A DNA stretch of 39,515 nucleotides, taken from positions 642,882 to 682,396 of the forward strand of contig NW_026515638.1 of NCBI RefSeq assembly GCF_000738915.1, in the 5' to 3' direction. The DNA comes from Nematocida ausubeli. Its lineage: Eukaryota. Below, one piece after another: positions 1 through 9,658 of the stretch. Under the pieces are notes generated by a model. That model saw only the letters and a program-made list of their open reading frames with translations. It did no database searches and had not been told where the DNA came from. A program made the translations under genes and the position numbers. Within the stretch, counting starts at the first letter, position 1. Each line of letters begins with the position of its first letter.

Positions 1-1
1 C

Positions 2-1165
2 GCTTTCTGGGCTGTCCTTCTCTGAGTTCTTGATTGATGCCATTGGAAGATAGTGCCTTAGCATTTCAAACGGATCTTCGCTGTCTGTGTGCACCATTCC
101 AAAGGAGGATGCCACCACAAACTTGGACCAGTTCTTTGCCTGCCGCATCCACTCCAGATTCTTCCGCAGATACGTGTCATTTGCTGTTTTGCAGTTCATC
201 AGGCCATTGCAGAAGCTGAGAGACATGTGGTTCATGGAAAGCTTGGAGCTCTGCGACTTTGACAGTTCAGCAAGTAGAGCGAAGTTTGCCTGGTTCTTCT
301 CAGAGAGGAACTTTTGGTACGTAGACGACTGGAACTGCCCTGTTAGCAGCTTGTGCATAGAGGCGTGCTTAATGTCCTCCCCAATTGACTGCGAGATGAC
401 TGGGGCTCTGTCGTGGATTAAAAAGGCCATGTACAGGGCAACCTCTGTCTTCACATCTGCTAGGTACTTAAGAAGATCCTTCAGAGCCTTCTCGTCTTTT
501 CTAAATAGGTACGCATCAAGAAGATACTTGTAGAAGAAAAGAGAGTAGTCTCCACTGCTCGCTTCACTCCATATGCCTTCCATCAGTGGGAACAGCTTTG
601 AATATATTCTTTCCTGTTTCATCTCCTCAAGCAAGAACTTCATCTGCGTGTCATTGCACAGAATGTGCATATTGTTTCTTATAAATGCCTCAATTGACTC
701 TATGTTCTTTGTTGTTATATGCAAAGCCAGCAGAGAAAATGCATCCTTCCCATCCTCTGTCTTCTGCTGGAGAAGACAGGACATAAACTCTTTCATTTCC
801 GCACTGTGCGCCCCTTGTGTTTTAATGTATTTTCTAATTACTCGGTTTCTTGACTCTTGGAAGTACAGGCTGAGAGTTTCGCACTGGTTCCCAGCAGCCC
901 GGAACCACTCGTTCTTTGAAAGAACAGCGTGTCTCACACACTTGTCGTACTCCTGTGTGTAGAAATATATCATAGACGAGATGAGGTGGAAGAGCTCCTT
1001 GTCCTCTTCGCAGTCCTCAGGCTTGATATGCTGTAAAACATTCTTTAGCAAGAACCCAATTAGCCCTACATTCTTGATTATCAGATCAACTGCTTGTTTC
1101 TTCTTGTCCTTGCAGTTTTGCAATAACAATGCCTCTATGGTTGGCACAAGCGCAATTGCTTCCAT
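2..1165 (-). CDS. RPN2: 26S proteasome regulatory subunit Rpn2/PSMD1, 5' part (runs off window start)
   Basis: Not in the ORF track because there is no stop in the window. I translated both ends by hand, in one frame from ATG 1165: MEAIALVPTIEALL...HLISSMIYFYTQEYDKCVRHAV and FCNGLMNCKTANDTYLRKNLEWMRQAKNWSKFVVASSFGMVH. These match the Rpn2 N-terminus and its NLxWLxKAxNWAKFxATASLGVIH motif. Confidence 0.93.
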   Translation of the reverse strand, partial: MEAIALVPTIEALLLQNCKDKKKQAVDLIIKNVGLIGFLLKNVLQHIKPEDCEEDKELFHLISSMIYFYTQEYDKCVRHAVLSKNEWFRAAGNQCETLSLYFQESRNRVIRKYIKTQGAHSAEMKEFMSCLLQQKTEDGKDAFSLLALHITTKNIESIEAFIRNNMHILCNDTQMKFLLEEMKQERIYSKLFPLMEGIWSEASSGDYSLFFYKYLLDAYLFRKDEKALKDLLKYLADVKTEVALYMAFLIHDRAPVISQSIGEDIKHASMHKLLTGQFQSSTYQKFLSEKNQANFALLAELSKSQSSKLSMNHMSLSFCNGLMNCKTANDTYLRKNLEWMRQAKNWSKFVVASSFGMVHTDSEDPFEMLRHYLPMASIKNSEKDSPES

Positions 1166-2377
1166 ACTTTAAAAAAACAAAACAAATTTAACTATCATCT
1201 GCACACAAAGAAAGATAAAAAGACAATTCTGGACCACCCAGTCTACACTTCACTACTGCTAATAGGACAAACACATCATGTCACATCACTTTGGTAGTAT
1301 TCCATGCGGTGCATGTTTCAGTTTAATTCCAGCTCAGGCCAGCAAGAGAAAGACTGGGCCTAAATTAAACATATAAATATTACAAACATGCTCTAGTTTA
1401 TCATGTATAGCTACTAGTCGGGTGCATACCCTGGACTCAGATAGATTTATCTGGATTTTTATCCAGTGCTGAACAATACTCGGTGTGTATTCACATGTGT
1501 AAAGAATAAAATATTACTGCCAGATGGTGGTAGTTTATAATAGAGTGGAGTCTATCTAAAAGAGCTTTTTATTCTATTTCTTATAGTTTGGGTTATACTT
1601 GAGGCACTATTCATCTTGTTTATTTTTGAGATGGACCTGTTTTTGTCTATCTCCAGATAGCTGTAGCAGTATGTTGATCTTTAAATCTATAAATCTCCAG
1701 AAAACTATCTATATATTGAAGTACCCTGGTTCTTGCATAGAGATATAAGCTTATTCTATTTCTGGTATTTCTGGCTATATAGAACTGGTTGTAGCAGTAA
1801 TTTAATATAGCCTGGCGCATAGTAGGGAAATTAATTAGCTAGTTTATTTATTTTGATTAAATCCCAAAATTAAACCAAAACATTTAAGAGCTTGAATTTA
1901 AATTAACAATAGAGTTTAATACTCTGCTCTTTTAAGAAAGTTCACACTTGTACGCATAAATACTCACTAAGCCATCTCCAGCTTGAAAGTGCACTCTGAA
2001 AAATAAATTGAAAATTAAACAAGTGCATCCGAAGGTATCGCACTATAGTGTGAAAACAGCAGTGCAATCTAATATATACTACTATTCCTGCATTAAGATC
2101 AATTGTAGCATATTGTATTATTTCAATAGTATTTTCATATGCTGTCCTGTTTGAACTATTTTCTTTAATTCTTACTGCTGCATATTTTACTGTAATTCAC
2201 ATATTATTTAACTGGGCTTAATATTAATTCTATACTTACATAATTAGCACTAGGTACTGAAATAATTTGCGAATATAAAATAACTTAATACACAGAGTAC
2301 GACTACATGGCATCTGCACAATTATATTTAAGTCCTTCTATCCTTATTATGCTTAGAATCACAGACGAAACTGCGTG

Positions 2378-2390
2378 ATATAACCCGAAT
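2378..2390 (+). promoter_or_regulatory. Recurrent intergenic 13-mer ATATAACCCGAAT (copy 1)
   Basis: Exact copies at 6169-6181 (+) and 32098-32110 (-). This copy is 60 bp upstream of the Sec1 ATG. Regulatory function is inferred. Confidence 0.5.
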
Positions 2391-2450
2391 ATAATCCTTT
2401 GGTAAAACCACTTCTTGAAGCACTTTAATATTTTTCTTCCTGCATAATAA

Positions 2451-4169
2451 ATGAATCTAGTGGAAATAGTTGGGAACCGAATTAAGAAGCACGTACTTGC
2501 TCTGGGCCATTCTGAGCGAAGCTGGCGGGTTCTGATTATCGACCAGTCCACTGCAAAGCTTCTTCATCACACGCTTCCAATGAGCGAGGTGCTGTCTAGA
2601 AATATTGCAATGGTTGAGAGAATAGAGGACATGAGAGAGCCCTCCACTGAGTTTAGTGCAATATACTTCATAAGTGCAACTTCCCAAAATGCAAAAAGAA
2701 TTGAAAAAGATGTCTCGCAAAAGATGTACAAGAGTGTATTTGTTGTCTCTATTTCTGATATTGAGGAGAAGGAGGAGCGCATATTTGAGAGTGTGAAAAA
2801 GAAAGTAGAGAAGCAAAGGGAAAAGACAAAGGGAAAGGAAAAAGAGAAAGAAGCATTTGAGTTTATCTATAAATGCGTTATTTTTGATTTCATTCCCTTG
2901 GCATCAGATGTATTTCATATGGAAACACCGTACTCGTACTATACACATAAGGAGGAATACTTGGACGACATTGCAGATAAAATAAAAGGCGTATATAGAA
3001 CCATGCAGGCACGGTGCACCCCAATTCCTGTGGGGAAATATGCAAAAGAGCTATCTGACAGGATAGACTCATCTGGATCTAGCAAGCTAGTTATTATGGA
3101 AAGAGGGTCTGATGTAAATACCCCCTTCTTACATACGTTCTTATTTGAAAGCCTCTTGTGGGATCTGGAACTGGCTGGCCCTGGGTATGTGGTTGAAAGT
3201 GGACACCTTGATAGAAGACCTGCAAAAAAAGACACCGATCCAAATAAAGACAGCGAAAGTGAAAGTGAAAGTGATGATGAAAAGAGGCTTGAAATAACCG
3301 AAGACCACAAGGTGTGGATGAGTGTGCGCAGCAAACAGCTAGTGGAAACACATAAAATACTCACTGAACTGATCAAGGAAGAGACAAAGACAGAAGAAAA
3401 AGAGCAAAAGTCAAATATCAAGCAACTTGTCAAAGCAGTGCAGGAACTTCCTGCGCACACAAGAACTCTAAAAGAGATAAAGATATTTATGAGTCTTCTG
3501 GAGAAGTGCGTTGAATTCTTTAATTCTCCTGGAATAAAGGAGACTGCAGAGCTAGAACAGGGTATTTCCACGGGAAAGAACTTCAGTGGGCACAGCTTCA
3601 AGCACGAAGTAACCAAGGCCCTCTTTTCAGTTCTTAAAACTGCCAGACTTACACAGGCAGAGAAGCACAGGCTGTACATTCTTTATGTGCTTAACTACGG
3701 CAGCCTGCAGCGCAACGAAGAGGAACGCCTAATAGACAGAGGGTATTTATCTCAGAAGGAAATAGAAGTCGGGGAGAAGATCAAAAAGCATCTGGCAGGG
3801 AGGAAGATAAAGCCTGTTTCAAAGAGAACCCTTCCAATTGCCCGACATGTTCCTTTAATTGCTGATGTTCTCACTGCAATTATTAAAAAGGACGAGCATG
3901 CCTGCCGCAAGATGGAAATAGATCTGCCAGGCAGAGAGGAGGCCATTTCTGGTGCTTCTTTACGGAAGAGAGAGTTTGTGTTTAGGCAAAGCGTATCCCA
4001 GAGCACATCCCACAGAAGAATTATGATTGTATATTTTATTGGCGGCGCATCGATTGCTGAAATATCCGAAGTCCGTGAAATAGCGCAGAACACAGGGCAG
4101 ACCATCATTGTTGGCTCCACAGACATATGCTCTCCGAATGGAATGGTGCTAGCTCTGAACAATCTGTAG
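2451..4169 (+). CDS. SEC1: Sec1/Munc18 (SM) family vesicle trafficking protein
   Basis: WRVLIIDQ; VERIEDMREP..EFSAIYFI; LVIMERGSDVNTPFLHTFLFESL; ARHVPLI; IVYFIGGASIAEI...IIVGSTDICSP. All are typical SM-family motifs. Confidence 0.92.
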   Translation: MNLVEIVGNRIKKHVLALGHSERSWRVLIIDQSTAKLLHHTLPMSEVLSRNIAMVERIEDMREPSTEFSAIYFISATSQNAKRIEKDVSQKMYKSVFVVSISDIEEKEERIFESVKKKVEKQREKTKGKEKEKEAFEFIYKCVIFDFIPLASDVFHMETPYSYYTHKEEYLDDIADKIKGVYRTMQARCTPIPVGKYAKELSDRIDSSGSSKLVIMERGSDVNTPFLHTFLFESLLWDLELAGPGYVVESGHLDRRPAKKDTDPNKDSESESESDDEKRLEITEDHKVWMSVRSKQLVETHKILTELIKEETKTEEKEQKSNIKQLVKAVQELPAHTRTLKEIKIFMSLLEKCVEFFNSPGIKETAELEQGISTGKNFSGHSFKHEVTKALFSVLKTARLTQAEKHRLYILYVLNYGSLQRNEEERLIDRGYLSQKEIEVGEKIKKHLAGRKIKPVSKRTLPIARHVPLIADVLTAIIKKDEHACRKMEIDLPGREEAISGASLRKREFVFRQSVSQSTSHRRIMIVYFIGGASIAEISEVREIAQNTGQTIIVGSTDICSPNGMVLALNNL

Positions 4170-4192
4170 GCACTTCTGCTGTAGTGAAGACC

Positions 4193-5533
4193 CTATGACC
4201 AGTCATCATTGTGCTGTGATATTTCAGGGTGCTCTGCTGTAAAGTACTGTGATATTGACTGCATAGCCTGCTTGTTTCCACATGTATATATCCCGCTTGT
4301 GCTTATTTCTCTGCACCTGGCTGCTATCTTCTCTTTGTTTCGCTGTAGAAATTCGCCCATTCGAATGGACTGGTTTGTTTGTGAGTAAACCACATGCACT
4401 GTGACATTCGGGCTTTCTGTTGTAAATAGTTTGGCCCCTGCGTACTCAGACTCCAGGCCTGCTTCCCATGCTATTCCGGTTTTGGCTAGAATATTCTCGT
4501 CTTCTGTCTTGCATCCGTAGAAAAGAGTAAAGACGCAGTCTTTCTTACAGTTTCTAATAAATGAAATAAATGGGGAAACTCCTGTTCCTATACCAAATAA
4601 TAAAGCATTCTTAGTACTACTGCGCAGCTGAAACAGAATATTTTCTTTGTGCCTTATTCTGTATATCATGCCAGAGGCTTCTGCACTTTCTGAAGAGACT
4701 GGCGTGTTTTCTGTCTGAGCCACCCTCATTATATAGTCGGAGAAGTGCCCTTCTCTGCAGTCACTTTCCCCATTGCGCAGAATGCCTGCTATAAATTCGC
4801 ACTCGTTGCTTTCTTGGTTGATAAGAGAAAATGCCCGTGGCTTAATTTCTTTTGCAACTTCCAATAGACTCTCTAGAGGAATCTTCACACTAAACTGCAC
4901 TAGAATATCTAATAGACTATTCCAGTTCTTCCCCATGGCAAAGTAGTCAGCACTGCCTTCTTTAGAAGACAGGTACGCCAACTTATCGCTGTCTTTCTCT
5001 GCATATTGGGAAAGTCTGAATAGAGACAGCTTTGAGGGAAGTGACGTAACATCAAGGAAGTATCTGAAGTACTCAGAAATACGCCCTGCAAAGGAAAATA
5101 CGTGTGCCCTTCCACGAATGCGCACACGAGTAAACTCTATTACTCTGTCTTTCTGTATACTCAATAGCTCCATAAGCTTTTGTACTACTGTCTCTGAGTT
5201 TGGAGCCCACATAAGAAGCGAATCACCTGGCGTGTACTTTATTGACGTATTCTGCAGCACACCCTTAAAAACATCCTGTCTTCCCCGGTATACCTCTGCA
5301 ATTTCTAGCTTATATGCCTCTAGTCTTTGCATATCTCTGGGTGTGCCCTCGCCTGCACTGGAATCAGTGTGCATGTCGCGGTACATCACTACTCCCTCTG
5401 CTTTTTCTTCCAGCTCTTTAAAGGAAACTTCGTGCATTTGGCTTAGCGAAATGGTCTTTCTGTTTTCTGTGTAGCCCGCCAGTGAAATTGGTCTGGTTGT
5501 ATAGCCATTCATTAAATTTTTGCGCTCCTTCAT
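4193..5533 (-). CDS. Diflavin oxidoreductase-like protein (methionine synthase reductase/CPR family), FAD and NAD(P)H domains only
   Basis: YTPGDSLLMWAPNS; LSSKEGSADY...LLDILVQF..PLESLLE..KPRAFS (RxYS FAD motif); GIGTGVSPF; LFYGCK; IYTCG; C-terminal DDWS. No flavodoxin domain is recognisable. Confidence 0.85.
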   Translation of the reverse strand: MKERKNLMNGYTTRPISLAGYTENRKTISLSQMHEVSFKELEEKAEGVVMYRDMHTDSSAGEGTPRDMQRLEAYKLEIAEVYRGRQDVFKGVLQNTSIKYTPGDSLLMWAPNSETVVQKLMELLSIQKDRVIEFTRVRIRGRAHVFSFAGRISEYFRYFLDVTSLPSKLSLFRLSQYAEKDSDKLAYLSSKEGSADYFAMGKNWNSLLDILVQFSVKIPLESLLEVAKEIKPRAFSLINQESNECEFIAGILRNGESDCREGHFSDYIMRVAQTENTPVSSESAEASGMIYRIRHKENILFQLRSSTKNALLFGIGTGVSPFISFIRNCKKDCVFTLFYGCKTEDENILAKTGIAWEAGLESEYAGAKLFTTESPNVTVHVVYSQTNQSIRMGEFLQRNKEKIAARCREISTSGIYTCGNKQAMQSISQYFTAEHPEISQHNDDWS

Positions 5534-5563
5534 TTCAAATAACTATTTTTATTTGTTCTGCGA

Positions 5564-5920
5564 ATGTTTCAATTATACAGAGAAAGTAATATTGGAAAGG
5601 CTTTTCAAGACATGATTGAGGAGAAGATTAATTCTCAGATAATTACACCGCAGCAAGGAAGTGCTTTGCTGGAGATGTTTGATATGGCTGTAGAACAGGT
5701 TTTCAATACAAGTGTGCATAATAAAATGAATTTTAAGGCTTCCATAATAAGTTATAAGAACTTTGCAGATGTGTGGACATTCGTTGTCAAGGGGTTTGTT
5801 ATGACAATTGATGATAAGATCGTGCGCGCAGATAGAGTAAAAATTGTAGCATGCGATGCAAACATAAATAGCGAGAGAACCACTCGTGGGAAGACCCCTG
5901 ACAAGAAGAAAACATTCTAA
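5564..5920 (+). CDS. TOA2: Transcription initiation factor IIA gamma (small) subunit
   Basis: FQLYRESNIG, LLEMFD, YKNFADVWTFVVK and VKIVACD match TFIIA-gamma along the full length. Confidence 0.95.
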   Translation: MFQLYRESNIGKAFQDMIEEKINSQIITPQQGSALLEMFDMAVEQVFNTSVHNKMNFKASIISYKNFADVWTFVVKGFVMTIDDKIVRADRVKIVACDANINSERTTRGKTPDKKKTF

Positions 5921-6158
5921 GTTAAATAAATAGCATATACAGTGTATTGTGTCTGTCTGCTGCCTGGGTGCAAGGTTCTGAGAGAGTTTTCTCTCTCTGG
6001 TGTTTATATATTTTAATAAGCTGCATGCATTATTAAAATGCAAATTTCAGAATGAAAATAACTCTTATGCATGCTTCTTATACTTTGGGCTATGAAAGCC
6101 TCTGTGGCTGTATTCTAAGCTAAAAGCAAATATATTGTCACTACTGCAGGGCATAAAT

Positions 6159-6181
6159 ATATAACCCGATATAACCCGAAT
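6159..6181 (+). promoter_or_regulatory. Tandem ATATAACCCG x2 ending in ATATAACCCGAAT (copy 2)
   Basis: Sequence is ATATAACCCG-ATATAACCCG-AAT, between the convergent TOA2 and MPS1 3' ends. Confidence 0.5.
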
Positions 6182-6215
6182 TCTAATAAGAGGCTTGTTG
6201 TTTTACAAAATTTAT

Positions 6216-8516
6216 TCATTGGTTTTGATAGCTATCGAAATACAGACTTGTTATTTTTTCAATTATTTTTTCGTGTCCTTCTTCAGTGGTTGCAGTGTGC
6301 CTAAGATCCATTATTTTTGATATAAACTCCTTTAGCTCCTGCTTGCTGAAAGTACATACTTTCTGTGCTGGCACAGTCTCTTTTGATGTCAGACTGCAAA
6401 GACCGCTTCTTAGCAGCATATCAATCTTGGCTCTTTCCTTGGGCTCTCTCACCAGACACTTCTTTATTTCCGCTGCCACGCATTGGTAATTATTGTCGTC
6501 ACTCTCCTCCTCTGGCAGCTCTACCGTATACTCTGGGTCTAAAAGCTTCTGCATTCTTTGCACAAGATTCTTAAACCGCATAAAGGGAGACTCTCCAAAG
6601 TACATTTCATAGAGAATGCATCCAAGAGACCATATGTCGCTGTTTCTTCCCATCTTTGTCTTCCCTTCTATTATCGCCTCTGGCGACATATAGTTTATTG
6701 TTCCTATCTGTTTCTCCCGGATTATATTTGTTGTGTCGTTTCGTATCTCCTTTGATATCCCAAAGTCAATTAGCTTTAACCTTCCACTCACAAATAGAAA
6801 GTTTCCTGGTTTTAGGTCCCTGTGCACTATGCGATGCTCATGGATGCACTTTACTGCCCTCAGCATCTGCTCCCATATACTGATCATTGTGTAGTTCTCG
6901 TTGCTTTTTCTGTACCCCCCAGGAAATCTTTCCTTTTCTATTTCCAGGAACCGGCACAGGTCAATATCTCCGTACTCCATTAGAATTGCTATTCTGTCCC
7001 TATTTATGTAGCTGTCCTTGAGTGTTACTATTTCATGCCGACTCTTTAGCCTTTTTAGAAGAGAGATTTCATTCGCATAGCTTTTGTACACCTCGCTGTC
7101 TTCTGAGTTCTGCAGTATTCGTATCTTTTTCAGTGCAAACACTTCATTCTTATCTGAAAGCACCTGGTATACCTTTGCACTTCCTCCTTTTCCAATTGTA
7201 CGCAGTATACGGAGCTTTTTTCCGTTCAGCGTGATTTTTTTTGAAGCTGGTGCGTTCAAGTACTTTTCAGAGCACACTGAATTTCCTGCATTTCTGCTGT
7301 TCTCCAGAATCTCTGTTTCTTGTCCTTCCATAGTGCGCGTTCCAATCTTGAAATCAAACACATCTCCAGCTTCTGTGATTGTGCCATTCTTTCTGTTCTC
7401 TCTATTGCTCTCTGCCTCTCTGCCATCTCTGTACTCACCCTCATACCCCTGCTGCTCCTTTCGGCTCTCCTGCCAGCTGGAGAGGCTTGTTTTCCCCATG
7501 CTTTCGCTTCTGGGCACAAACACTGCCTCGTTCTCTCCACTTCCTGTAAAATAGCCTGGCGCTGCGCACACTGCACTTCTTCCTAGCTCTATCTCCAAAT
7601 TCATACTCATGTTTGGTGCTCCTTCAAGCAAATATGCCTGGGGTTTCTCGTCTCTGCCATCCAGCATATTACTGTGCACAAAAGACTGTTCTTGCCTGAG
7701 GGCAGGAAATCTTTTATGGGCAGCTGCCTCTTCTTTTATGTACACTGCATTTTTACTATCCATACCACCCCCATTTTGTGCCCGCCTGCTGTTTCTCTCC
7801 ATATATTGAAATTCTCCTGCACCACTGTTCTCCACACCCGAAAAAGCATGCTCCCTTGGGCTCTCCCTCTCCATGCCTGCTGCCTCTCTGAAAGCGTATG
7901 ACCTGCGCATTCCGCCCAAAATAGAATTACTTTCTAGCTCTGCCATCTGCACTTCTCTATCCATACTGTGCGCTGCTCTTTCACCTGCATGCTCTGCCTG
8001 CCTGGTGCCGTACTCTATTCTATGCGCCTCCACATCTGTTGTGTCCATGTATAGATGGCTTTTCGGTGTTTCTGGAGACATATACATTGTCCTTGACATG
8101 TTGTTCTCTTTTGCTGTTCCAACTGACTTTTCTCGAACCCATGCCAGGATCTTCTCTTTTCCTGCACATTCTTTGTACTGCAGAATGTCATTTGCAAGCT
8201 CTAGAACCTTTGCTCTTTTGCTTTGATCAATGGGAAGACGGCTTTCATAGCTAAACCATCCCTGCCAAAACTGCAAAAATCTCCAGAACTTGCTCTTCAG
8301 CATCTTGTAGACCTCTCTTATTTCAGTGTGGGCATATCCATTTTTTTCTAGTGTATGGATGTACCCCTCCCACAGAGAGTGCGTCTTCTCATTTGCTTCA
8401 AGGTTTTTCTGGGTTGCCTCGTAGTACATGGATAGCTGCCGCGTGGCACTTGCATTCCCTCTCTTCTGCTCTTCTATGTACGCAAGGATGTCTTCTATGT
8501 GAAAGAGTCTTTCCAT
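6216..8516 (-). CDS. MPS1: Mps1/TTK dual-specificity spindle-checkpoint kinase
   Basis: IGKGGSAKVY, FALKKI, YANEISLL, HRDLKPGNFLFV, KLIDFGISKEI..DTTNIIREKQIGTINYMSPEA (Mps1-type activation loop) and DIWSLGCILY. Confidence 0.95.
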   Translation of the reverse strand: MERLFHIEDILAYIEEQKRGNASATRQLSMYYEATQKNLEANEKTHSLWEGYIHTLEKNGYAHTEIREVYKMLKSKFWRFLQFWQGWFSYESRLPIDQSKRAKVLELANDILQYKECAGKEKILAWVREKSVGTAKENNMSRTMYMSPETPKSHLYMDTTDVEAHRIEYGTRQAEHAGERAAHSMDREVQMAELESNSILGGMRRSYAFREAAGMERESPREHAFSGVENSGAGEFQYMERNSRRAQNGGGMDSKNAVYIKEEAAAHKRFPALRQEQSFVHSNMLDGRDEKPQAYLLEGAPNMSMNLEIELGRSAVCAAPGYFTGSGENEAVFVPRSESMGKTSLSSWQESRKEQQGYEGEYRDGREAESNRENRKNGTITEAGDVFDFKIGTRTMEGQETEILENSRNAGNSVCSEKYLNAPASKKITLNGKKLRILRTIGKGGSAKVYQVLSDKNEVFALKKIRILQNSEDSEVYKSYANEISLLKRLKSRHEIVTLKDSYINRDRIAILMEYGDIDLCRFLEIEKERFPGGYRKSNENYTMISIWEQMLRAVKCIHEHRIVHRDLKPGNFLFVSGRLKLIDFGISKEIRNDTTNIIREKQIGTINYMSPEAIIEGKTKMGRNSDIWSLGCILYEMYFGESPFMRFKNLVQRMQKLLDPEYTVELPEEESDDNNYQCVAAEIKKCLVREPKERAKIDMLLRSGLCSLTSKETVPAQKVCTFSKQELKEFISKIMDLRHTATTEEGHEKIIEKITSLYFDSYQNQ

Positions 8517-8571
8517 CTATAAATAAAAAAGTAAACTTGCTCATCTTTTCTTTATTACCTCTACCTGCCCA

Positions 8572-9624
8572 TCAGTGTTCCTCTGAGTCACTCTCTTTTT
8601 CTGCAGCTTCCTTAGCCTTCCGCTCCTTTTCACTTTGGAATGCCTTTTTTAGCTCCTCTGCTCCCTCCTCTAGTATTATTCCGTATCTTGGCAGAACCTC
8701 CACAATTTTCTTTGCCTTTCCTCTATCCTTGCTTGTCACCATAGTAAACACACTCTGTGCTATTTGATGAAGACTCATTAAATAGACTGTCTTGTCTGTG
8801 GCCCCGTACGCCATGGATGATTTTGTTATTTTTTTCAGATCTGTCAGGAAACCTTCCTTTATTTTCTTGCAAAGGTCTGCGTGCGTCAGAATGTATATCC
8901 ACTTCTTTCGCTCTAGATACTCGCCTATCTCGGTTGTGTGCCTAGTCATAAGTGTCTCTACTCTTTCAATTGACTCAATTACCTCCTGCACTTCATCCGC
9001 TGTTTCTGCAGTTATAACGCACGGCACTGTGATGTTTCTTTCAAGTGCAATGATGAATGCATTTCTTCGGAGATGTGATGCGCCTGCATACACTATCTCG
9101 TGCCTGCGCGTAAATGCTATGGGTGTTCTTGCCAGCCCAAACCCGTTTTTTATTGGAAGTATTCTTTTTATCCCAGCTCTCTCCAGATCCTGCGTGCTTT
9201 CTATTTTGTACACGTTGCTCACAAAGTAAAAGCGAGTCCCCCTCTTTTCATTCTGGGATATAATTTCTTTTTTGTCCATTGATCTTCTTATATTTACAAA
9301 TATAAAGTCCTTCTTTCCCTTTGCTATAACGCACTTCCCTGCATACGCAGTGTACGTGCACAGCACTGTACCCTCTATTTCACTCTCTGCTGCCTCTATT
9401 TTTGTGTTCTCTGTTACAAGAGATACTATGGCTTCTGGGAATAGATCTGTGATCTCCTTCTGCACCTGCTCGAGATATCCCTTGCACGGACTGTCAATCA
9501 CCACAACAGTCTTTGATATTTCTACCTCTTTAAGAAGTTTTTCATCGATACTGGTGTCCTCTCGCAGAATCATGTCTCCTGCCTCGTATACTGGAATTTC
9601 CCTGTTCCGGCTTTTTTTTTCCAT
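8572..9624 (-). CDS. Hypothetical protein; putative catalytically dead DEAD-box helicase-like (two RecA-like domains)
   Basis: 350-aa ORF with ATG and coding-like composition. Its helix/strand pattern follows DEAD-box motif order, but the GKT, DEAD, SAT and HRxGR residues are absent. The fold is my inference. Confidence 0.6.
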   Translation of the reverse strand: MEKKSRNREIPVYEAGDMILREDTSIDEKLLKEVEISKTVVVIDSPCKGYLEQVQKEITDLFPEAIVSLVTENTKIEAAESEIEGTVLCTYTAYAGKCVIAKGKKDFIFVNIRRSMDKKEIISQNEKRGTRFYFVSNVYKIESTQDLERAGIKRILPIKNGFGLARTPIAFTRRHEIVYAGASHLRRNAFIIALERNITVPCVITAETADEVQEVIESIERVETLMTRHTTEIGEYLERKKWIYILTHADLCKKIKEGFLTDLKKITKSSMAYGATDKTVYLMSLHQIAQSVFTMVTSKDRGKAKKIVEVLPRYGIILEEGAEELKKAFQSEKERKAKEAAEKESDSEEH

Positions 9625-9658
9625 AAAAAAAATGTCATATTGTTTACATATTTACACT

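Noticed and set aside
34..1172. Plus-strand ORFs at the window start
   Set aside because: They are antisense to the RPN2 reading frame on the minus strand.
1647..1820. 57-codon minus-strand ORF (MRQAILNYCYNQ...) in the RPN2-SEC1 spacer
   Set aside because: Composition is typical of translated AT-rich non-coding DNA and there is no motif.
3251..3281. GAAAGT microrepeat in SEC1
   Set aside because: It only encodes an acidic SESESES loop insertion, which is ordinary low complexity.
6159..6181. TAACCC words as interstitial telomere repeats
   Set aside because: There are no tandem TTAGGG/CCCTAA hexamers; the unit is a 10-13-mer containing CCCG.
9272..9658. N-terminal extension of the GID8 ORF, and likewise the GLO2 extension 34511-34690
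   Set aside because: Each overlaps a divergent real gene, and family similarity begins only at the downstream ATGs.
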